Of a stretch of 6,015 bases of DNA, positions 1 to 6,015 are shown one piece after another. The stretch is from Octopus sinensis. Taxonomy: Eukaryota. The DNA is taken from contig NW_021829697.1 in NCBI RefSeq assembly GCF_006345805.1, positions 1 through 6,015 of the forward strand, written 5' to 3'. The notes beneath the pieces were generated by a model. The model saw nothing but the letters and a program-made list of their open reading frames with translations. It had not been told where the DNA came from and made no database searches. The translations under genes and the position numbers were made by a program. Positions within the stretch are counted from its first letter, which is position 1. Each line of letters starts with the position of its first letter.

Positions 1-56
1 TGGATTGACACCATGCCAAATAATTACGATGGCGAATATAAGGAGTGAGATTTCAA

Positions 57-182
57 AGGTTTGTTTCGCAATCATATTGTTCCACGGTTCGATCACACTA
101 AGTGGAACTTTGGAGCTTTGGAACAAGTGTCTTGTACTAAAATCTCCAGTTAACCAATGCCACTTGACAGGAATTTGGTCGA
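57..182 (+). mobile_element. Old, diverged 5' (tRNA/CORE-like) fragment of SINE family B
   Basis: Aligns by eye to the 5400-5574 copy: ttgttccacggttcgatcacact vs tggttccgagttcagtcccact, caagtgtcttgtacta (124-139) vs caagtgtctactacta, ggaatttggtcga vs ggatttggtaga. Carries a local duplication of ctttgga (108-114, 116-122). Boundaries approximate. Confidence 0.6.
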
Positions 183-207
183 TAATGGTGAAGAGCATGT
201 TTTAAGT

Positions 208-271
208 TTATATGTATATGTGTATATATGAATGTATGCATGTGTGTGTGTATATATATATATATATGTAT
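208..271. repeat. Compound (TA)/(TG)/(TATG) microsatellite
   Basis: Directly visible. Confidence 0.9.
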
Positions 272-664
272 GCGAGCTGGCAGAATCGTTAGCACGCCGG
301 GTGAAATGCTTAGAGGTATTTCGTCTGCCGCTACGTTCTGAGTTCAAATTCCGCCGAGGTCCACTTTGCCTTTCATCCTTTCGGGATCGATTAAATAAGT
401 ACCAGTTACGCACTGGGGTCGATGTAATCGACTTATTCCGTTTGTCTGTGCTTGTTTGTCCCTTCTGTGTTTATCCCTTTGCGGATAGTAAAGAAATGGG
501 TATTTCGTCTGTCCTCACGTTCTGAGTTCAAATTCCGGAGAGGTCGACTTTGCCTTTCATCCTTTCGGGGTCGATTAAATAAGTACCAGTTGCATACTGG
601 GGTCGATCTAATCGACTGGCACCCTTCCCCGAAAATTTCGGGCCTTGTGCCTCGAGTAGAAAAG
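272..664 (+). mobile_element. tRNA-derived SINE family A, internally dimeric
   Basis: Pol III A-box-like tggcagaatcg (278-288) and B-box gttcaaattcc (342-352). A 119-bp unit is repeated at 315-433 and 499-617 (12 mismatches, no indels). The 3' end ggccttgtgc matches the minus-strand copy at 990. Confidence 0.88.
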
Positions 665-980
665 TATATATATGTGTGCGAGTATGTATGTGTATACGTA
701 TGGTTGTATGCGTCCGTATGTATATTCGTATGCATGTATGTGCTATACACTGTGTGTATGTGTATGTTTGTATGTATGCATATATGCTTAAGAATGTATA
801 TATGTGTGAAGATATGTGTTTGTACGTATGTGTGTGTTTGTATGTGTGTTTTTATGTATGTTTATATGTATGTGTGTGTTTATGTATGATTATATGTGTG
901 TGTGAGTGTGTGTATTTACCTGCATGTGTGTGTATGCATTTGTATGTATATATATATATATGTATGTATGTATGCATGTG
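665..980. repeat. Degenerate compound (TG)/(TA)/(TATG) microsatellite
   Basis: Directly visible; source of spurious VCVY-type ORFs. Confidence 0.93.
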
Positions 981-989
981 CGTCTGTAA

Positions 990-1158
990 GCACAAGGCTA
1001 AATATTAGGGGCAGGGTCCAGTTGACGGCGTTGATCCCAATGCTCAACTGATCCTTATTTCATGACCTCGGAAGGATGAAAGCCGACCTCGGCGAAATTT
1101 GAATTCAGAACATAATGACAGACGAAATGCCGGAATGCTAACAATTCTGCCAATTAGC
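990..1158 (-). mobile_element. Diverged monomeric SINE family A copy
   Basis: Reverse complement matches the head and the 3' end of 272-664 (gcacaagg; ggaaggatgaaag; gacctcggcgaaatttgaattcagaac; cagacgaaat; tgctaacaattctgcc), with an ~16-nt deletion in the tRNA-like head and only one internal unit. Confidence 0.85.
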
Positions 1159-1169
1159 AATATTAATAA

Positions 1170-1553
1170 CTAGCAGTATCGCCCGGCGTTGCTCAGGTTT
1201 GTAAGGGAAATAACTATAAAGCATTTTTAGAGAGTTATAGCCAAAAAATAGCAAAAAAATGGGAAAAATGATAGTAAATTTTTTTGAGAGTTAAAAGGTC
1301 GAGTTGCGTCCCTAGACACAGTCTGTGGTTTGGGTTTCTGATTGTCGACCCCATGTCGAATTTATCGATTTTTTTTCAGAACTGGGGGAACTTTTCAAAA
1401 CTTTCGCTGCGTTAGATTTTGAATTATGACATTGGGGCTATGTGTGTGTCAGTTTCATCAGAATCGGTTGAAAGGCCATGGTCAGGGTGAGGGTACAAGC
1501 AAACAGACACACAGAAACACGCACAGACAAACTGCCGTTTATATAGAGAGAGA
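1170..1553 (-). mobile_element. Non-autonomous Helitron (384 bp)
   Basis: On the minus strand it begins 5'-TC (1553-1552) and ends CTAG-3' (1173-1170). A GC-rich hairpin (1182-1197, minus CCTGAGC-AAC-GCCGGG) lies 12 nt from the end. It sits between A and T with no TSD and has a CA/CAGA-type microsatellite near the 5' end (1502-1532). Confidence 0.8.
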
Positions 1554-1589
1554 TAATGTCCTAATATAATAATAAGCGTAGTGTTTTTA

Positions 1590-1626
1590 TGTATATATAT
1601 ATATATATGTATGTATGTATGTATGT
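1590..1626. repeat. (TA)n-(TATG)n microsatellite
   Basis: Directly visible. Confidence 0.9.
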
Positions 1627-1627
1627 G

Positions 1628-1836
1628 TTCATTTATTCATTTATTTGTTTCAGTCATTTGGCAGCGGCCATGCTAGAGCACTGCTTTTAGTCGAACAAAT
1701 CAACCCTATGACTTATTCTTTGTAAGCCTTAGTACTTATTCTATCGGGCTCTATTGCCGAACCGCTAAGTTACAGGGTTATAAACACACCAACATCGGTT
1801 GTCAAGCGATGATGGGACAAACACAGACACACAAAC
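1628..1836 (-). mobile_element. 3' half of SINE family B (head missing, ends at the internal microsatellite)
   Basis: Colinear with 2267-2475 (gtttcagtcattt, gcggccatgct, tttgtaagcct, agtacttattctatcgg, taaacacacc, atcggttgtcaagcgatg). Confidence 0.88.
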
Positions 1837-1897
1837 ATATCCATACACACACAAACACACACACGCACATATTATATATATTATATTATATATAATA

Positions 1898-1931
<34 letters not shown>

Positions 1932-1956
1932 TGTGTGTGTGTGTGTGTGTGTGTGT
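1837..1956. repeat. (CA)n / AT-rich / (TG)n compound microsatellite
   Basis: CA-rich to ~1869, AT-only 1870-1898, (TG)n 1899-1956. Confidence 0.92.
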
Positions 1957-1971
1957 AAATGGGGTCAGCTA

Positions 1972-1972
<1 letters not shown>

Positions 1973-2008
<36 letters not shown>
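1973..2008. repeat. (TAA)12 microsatellite
   Basis: Directly visible. Confidence 0.93.
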
Positions 2009-2011
<3 letters not shown>

Positions 2012-2026
2012 TGATAACGAAGTGAC

Positions 2027-2248
2027 AATTCTGTAAATAGTTTTAAGTTAAAAGCTTAAACGCGATCACCGAGCTCTGACTAATATTAGAGCATATAAGC
2101 CTACGACGGAAAAAAAAAACGTTTTTGTTAGTATGCATGGGACTTTTACCGTCGAGGTCTTATCTGCCCCAATATTAGTCTACTTTCTTTAGTCAATACA
2201 CTGTAATCGCTTGCAAGCTTTAAGATTATAATTATTATTTACAGAATT
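2027..2248. mobile_element. Fold-back / MITE-like inverted-repeat element
   Basis: Nested inverted arms: a perfect 13-bp pair 2027-2039/2236-2248; 2048-2083/2189-2223 (about 26/36); 2078-2114/2144-2180 (32/38 columns). Confidence 0.55.
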
Positions 2249-2266
2249 ATGTGTATGTACATATAT

Positions 2267-2494
2267 CTGTTTTACTCTTTTACCGGTTTCAGTCATTTGA
2301 CTGCGGCCATGCTGGAGCACCGCCTTTATTGGAACAAATCGACCCCAGGATTTCTTTCTTTGTAAGCCTAGTACTTATTCTATCGGTCTCTTTTGCTGAA
2401 CCACTAATGTTACGGGGACGTAAACACACCAGGATCGGTTGTCAAGCGATGGTTGGGTGGGGACAAATAGACAGAATATTATATATATATAATA

Positions 2495-2543
<49 letters not shown>

Positions 2544-2706
2544 GACGACAGGCTTCTTTCAATTTCCATCTACCAAATCCAGTCACAAGGCTTTGGTCGA
2601 CCCAAGGCTATAGCAGAAGACACTTGCCCAAGGTGCCACGCAGCGGGACTGAACCTGGAACCATGTGGTTGGGAAGCAAGCTTCTTACCACACAGCCACT
2701 TTTGCG
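2267..2706 (-). mobile_element. Full-length SINE family B (tRNA head + CORE-like domain + internal microsatellite + 3' tail)
   Basis: Minus strand: A-box TGGCTGTGTGG (2698-2688) and B-box-like GGTTCAGTCCC (2655-2645). GTGGCACCTTGGGCAAGTG (2639-2621) resembles the MIR/CORE motif GTGTGACCTTGGGCAAGT. Internal (TA)n at ~2477-2538; tail ends GTAAAAGAGTAAAACAG. Confidence 0.9.
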
Positions 2707-2797
2707 TATGTATGCGTGTATGTGTATGCATGTATATATGTATGTGTGTATGTATGTATGTATGTATGTATGTATGTATGTATGTATATGTACATGT
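2707..2797. repeat. (TATG)n microsatellite
   Basis: Directly visible. Confidence 0.93.
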
Positions 2798-3206
2798 AGA
2801 CGTGTGGCCTGGACAAATACTGGTCGAAACTTATCTAAGTATCTAGATGCATCCATTTACACACACACATACATCTATATATGTATATCATACAGAGTAC
2901 ACTGGTATATATATATATGTGTGTCTGCTATAATGGATCCATAAGCACATATAAAACATCCAAGGGTATATTTTTCTCCCTCTGAAGATATTATGCTCAG
3001 GTCATACAAATTTAATATTTTCTGAATATTAATTGAAACAGCTGTAAAGGATGATGATTAATTTACTGTTAAGAATATTTATCAACTTCCCAATCTCCAT
3101 TTTCTTTTTCTGTATGTATATATTTCCTTTTCCTGAGCGCCTATTAATAATAATACTGTAATTGTTCCATTGTTGTTGTTTTTTTGTTTCCCGTTTGGAT
3201 TAAAAT

Positions 3207-3214
3207 TATATATA

Positions 3215-3246
<32 letters not shown>
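3207..3246. repeat. (TA)n microsatellite, interrupted
   Basis: Directly visible. Confidence 0.9.
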
Positions 3247-3279
3247 CACATAATACCATACTATCAAGGACAACAGAAC

Positions 3280-3622
3280 CATGCACACATACACAATCAC
3301 ACTCCACCAGCTTTACACACATACACACTCATACATTCTTTGTCTCGGAAGTCACATACATACATACATATATACATACATACATATATAAATGCATACA
3401 CACATAGATATGCACGTACGCGCACACTTACACACATTCTCTACATCCGTATACAGAATACTGACAGTCGTCATTACACACACACACTCACATAAATACA
3501 TACAAAGACACACACTCACAGTCAGAAATACACACACTCACACAACACTCTCAAACGCTCTCCTCTCTCCCTCTTTCGCTCTCTACCTTTCTCTCTCTCT
3601 TTCTCTCTCTATCTCTCTCTTC
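3280..3622. repeat. Degenerate (CA)/(CATA) tract followed by (CT)n tract
   Basis: CA/TA-rich to ~3548, CT-rich ~3549-3622. Confidence 0.88.
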
Positions 3623-3891
3623 CACCTCCATCACATCTCCGACACCCCCATCTCGTCCATCCTATCCCATTACATGGCAATCTTCGCTGTTTCACGATCA
3701 AATAAGATCGTTCCAATATGAACGAAGAGGAGAATTTATCAACGCCTCCGTCAGACCACGGCTGTCAAAACCTCGTGGTTGTCTCCCTGCAATTTATAAA
3801 CTCTTCTGTCTAAGAAGTAACGAAAAAGTTCTGCATCAAAGACAGAACGTTCGCCATATTATGGTAATTTGTTACATACCAATAACACTAT

Positions 3892-4063
3892 CACCACCAC
3901 CACCACCACCACCACCACCACCACCAATACCACCACCACCACCATCACCACCACCACCACCACCAATACCACCAACACCACCACCACCACCATTGCTGCT
4001 ACGATTATTATTATCATTATTATTATTATTATTATTTTTTTATTTTTTTATTATTATTATTAT

Positions 4064-4103
<40 letters not shown>
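3892..4103. repeat. Compound trinucleotide array (CAC)n-(ATT)n-(AGT)n
   Basis: CAC 3892-3992, ATT 4004-4064, AGT 4065-4103. Confidence 0.95.
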
Positions 4104-4104
<1 letters not shown>

Positions 4105-4182
4105 AGAGGAGGAGGTGGAAGGTAACAGTAGTTAGTGTTGCTTTCTGTTGTTGCTTTTGATGTAGCTCTTACCGTTTTGTTG

Positions 4183-4560
4183 TATGCGTGCCTGTGTGTA
4201 TGTGTATATATGTGTTTGTATGTGTATACATGTGTGTGTGTGTGTATTTGCATGTTCGTATGTGCGTGAAAGTCGAAAGTGTTTTCAATCAATTTTCGGG
4301 CATTTACATTTGTTAAATGGGTTTAGGAAGTTACAACTCAACAAATGATACATGTATACACATACATACACTCACAAACACACACATAAATAAATACATA
4401 CATACATGCAAACGTACATACATACATATGCACACACTCCCATACACCTACATATCCACGTACATGTACATAGGCACATGCTCACATATGCGTATATATA
4501 CACAAACCTATTGACAAATACTTTCAGTTATACATATGTACATACAGGTATACATACATT
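4183..4560. repeat. Degenerate (TG)/(TA) and (CA)/(CATA) tracts around a short unique spacer
   Basis: TG-rich ~4183-4267, spacer ~4268-4348, CA-rich ~4349-4560. Confidence 0.82.
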
Positions 4561-4673
4561 CAGACAGACAGACAGACAGACATATATAAATGGATAAAAA
4601 GATAGATTGATAGAGAGAGGGGGGCAGAGAGAAGGGTGGGAAGAAAAACAAAGAGAAAGAGATAGATAGATAT

Positions 4674-4732
<59 letters not shown>

Positions 4733-4794
4733 GGTAGGTAGGTAGATTCACACACACACAAACACATACACACACACATATATATGCATGTATG

Positions 4795-4855
<61 letters not shown>

Positions 4856-4875
4856 ACGTGTGTGCGTGTGTGTAT
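4561..4875. repeat. (GACA)n, GA-rich, (GATA)n, (CA)n-(TA)-(TG)n microsatellites
   Basis: GACA 4561-4582, GATA ~4661-4730, TAGG to ~4746, CA 4749-4778, TG 4804-4872. Confidence 0.93.
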
Positions 4876-4942
4876 CATGTTAAACCATAAATCCTAACAC
4901 ATTTTATCTCTGTCTTTTTTTCTCTATTTTTTCCTTTCATCC

Positions 4943-4978
4943 CTTTCTATCGAAGGGCGGAGGCTCGAAACGTCAAAG
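4943..4978 (+). ncRNA. Minimal type I hammerhead-ribozyme-like motif (core mutated), probable Penelope-like element remnant
   Basis: CUUU (stem I) - CUAUCGA - A - GGGC/GGAG/GCUC (stem II) - GAAAC-GUC - AAAG (stem I partner). The geometry matches PLE minimal hammerheads, but the core deviates at G5 and A6. Confidence 0.5.
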
Positions 4979-5066
4979 ACATTTCCATCCTTCTCGAGCG
5001 TCAACTTAATATACCTGCTTGTCGCCCCCTCACATGTCTTTGTCTTTTTTTTTTCTATACATTTGA

Positions 5067-5068
<2 letters not shown>

Positions 5069-5126
<58 letters not shown>
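5069..5126. repeat. Pure (TA)29
   Basis: Directly visible. Confidence 0.95.
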
Positions 5127-5128
<2 letters not shown>

Positions 5129-5157
5129 AGCCGAAATTCCAAAGATAATCTGGAACT

Positions 5158-5194
5158 CGACTGAGGAAAGAAAACTCCGAACGACTCGTCCTTG
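5158..5194 (+). ncRNA. Degenerate hammerhead-like motif
   Basis: CUGAGGA (5161-5167) matches CUGANGA; then GAAC (one A short of GAAA), ACG/CGU stem III and a GUC triplet ending at 5190. Stems I and II pair poorly. Confidence 0.3.
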
Positions 5195-5291
5195 TTTTCT
5201 TTGTATCGTCTCTCTGGGTGGTTTTTTTGTCCCTTTTTTGTATCACCTAACTGTCTGGATGTTTTGCGTTCTTGTCCCATTTTTGTTTTGT

Positions 5292-5309
5292 TATATATAT
5301 ATATATATA
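5292..5309. repeat. (TA)9
   Basis: Directly visible. Confidence 0.9.
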
Positions 5310-5399
5310 AAAGAAGTCGAAAATTCACTGGGATAGGTTTTTAAACTTTATTTTATATTTCTAGCATTGAGTAATAAAATAGCTTTGATTTATATATAC

Positions 5400-5574
5400 A
5401 GGCCTAGGCTTGGCATTGTGGTAGGAAGTTTGCTAACCAACGACATGGTTCCGAGTTCAGTCCCACTTCGTGGCACCTTGAGCAAGTGTCTACTACTATT
5501 GACACGGGCCGACCAAAGCCTTGTGAGTGGATTTGGTAGACAGAAACTAAAAGAAGCCCGTCGTGTACATACAT
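5400..5574 (+). mobile_element. 5' half of SINE family B (tRNA head + CORE-like domain)
   Basis: Matches the reverse complement of 2540-2706 (catggttcc, gttcagtccc, cgtggcaccttg, gcaagtgtct, gaccaaagccttgtga, tggatttggtaga, aaagaagcc). Stops at the start of the internal microsatellite. Confidence 0.9.
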
Positions 5575-5592
5575 GGTTTCAGTTTCTTGTTC

Positions 5593-5682
5593 GTCCTGAT
5601 GAGGGTGTCATTGCCGAGATGCACTTTAACTGTAATCGAACCGCGGCAATGAACTCCCGAAATGACCATAGGTGTGTTTGAC
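5593..5682 (+). ncRNA. Type I hammerhead-ribozyme-like motif with intact core and long stem II
   Basis: GUC (5593-5595)/GAC (5680-5682) stem I; CUGAUGA (5596-5602); stem II GGG/CCC plus a perfect 9-bp tcattgccg (5608-5616)/cggcaatga (5644-5652); GAAA (5659-5662); partial stem III ACC-AUA-GGU. Confidence 0.45.
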
Positions 5683-6015
5683 TTGATTTTGTGAAACTCT
5701 TTTTGCTCCGGGACTCTAACCTACCATGGTTTTTATGAATTGAACTTTTTTGACGTACTCTTTTCTTTGAGGGGAGTAAGAAAAAATTTTCAGTCGATAA
5801 TAAAATTTTTTAATTTTATTTAGCTATTCAGTAGCATGACATGCTTTAGAATTTTTAGTCGATTTTATTTACCATTTTGATTGGCCGTTCGATATCTGTA
5901 TTTTTATTGGCATAAATATTTTTACTGTCTGTGTTTTTTCTATATGCGTATTTTTATATGTTTAAGGACCATGGTAATATTTATGTATGATCAAATGTTT
6001 TGGGGGTGTGGTGGT

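Noticed and set aside
272-355. Genuine tRNA gene (also 2640-2706 and 5400-5470)
   Set aside because: A/B boxes are present, but I see no convincing cloverleaf or T-run terminator, and the sequence continues into repeated SINE bodies.
315-617. CRISPR-like or LTR-like direct repeats
   Set aside because: Only two 119-bp units inside a Pol III SINE in eukaryotic DNA; no TG...CA ends, PBS or spacer array.
259-675. 11-bp TSD tatatatatgt flanking the SINE at 272-664
   Set aside because: Both flanks are TA/TG microsatellite, so the match is expected by chance.
1179-1193. Helitron end tcgcccggcgttgct resembling the adjacent SINE head segment
   Set aside because: A short GC-rich match fully explained by the Helitron hairpin; no evidence of capture.
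2806-2835. Fourth hammerhead-like motif (cctg-gac...gtc-gaaac)
   Set aside because: It has a 3-bp stem and GAAAC, but no CUGANGA core or stem I/III; too weak.
3861-4160. Proline-rich/extensin-like 99-aa ORF
   Set aside because: It is the (CAC)n-(ATT)n-(AGT)n array read in a stop-free frame.
5-5681. All ORFs in the six-frame track as protein-coding genes
   Set aside because: They translate microsatellites (YI, VC, HT, poly-P/T/S) or SINE sequence, with no recognisable domain.

Overview
AT-rich, microsatellite-saturated non-coding eukaryotic DNA (intergenic or intronic). I recognise the repeat families as those abundant in Octopus genomes; this is recall, not a search result. No supportable protein-coding gene: every listed ORF is a translation of simple repeats or SINEs. 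The window holds two tRNA-derived SINE families: family A (272-664 +, internally dimeric; 990-1158 -) and a CORE-like family B with an internal microsatellite (2267-2706 - full length; 57-182 +, 1628-1836 -, 5400-5574 + partial). It also has a 384-bp non-autonomous Helitron with all terminal hallmarks (1170-1553 -) and a ~220-bp fold-back/MITE-like element (2027-2248). The most interesting signal is three same-strand hammerhead-ribozyme-like motifs at 4943-5682, of the kind carried by Penelope-like elements and retrozymes.
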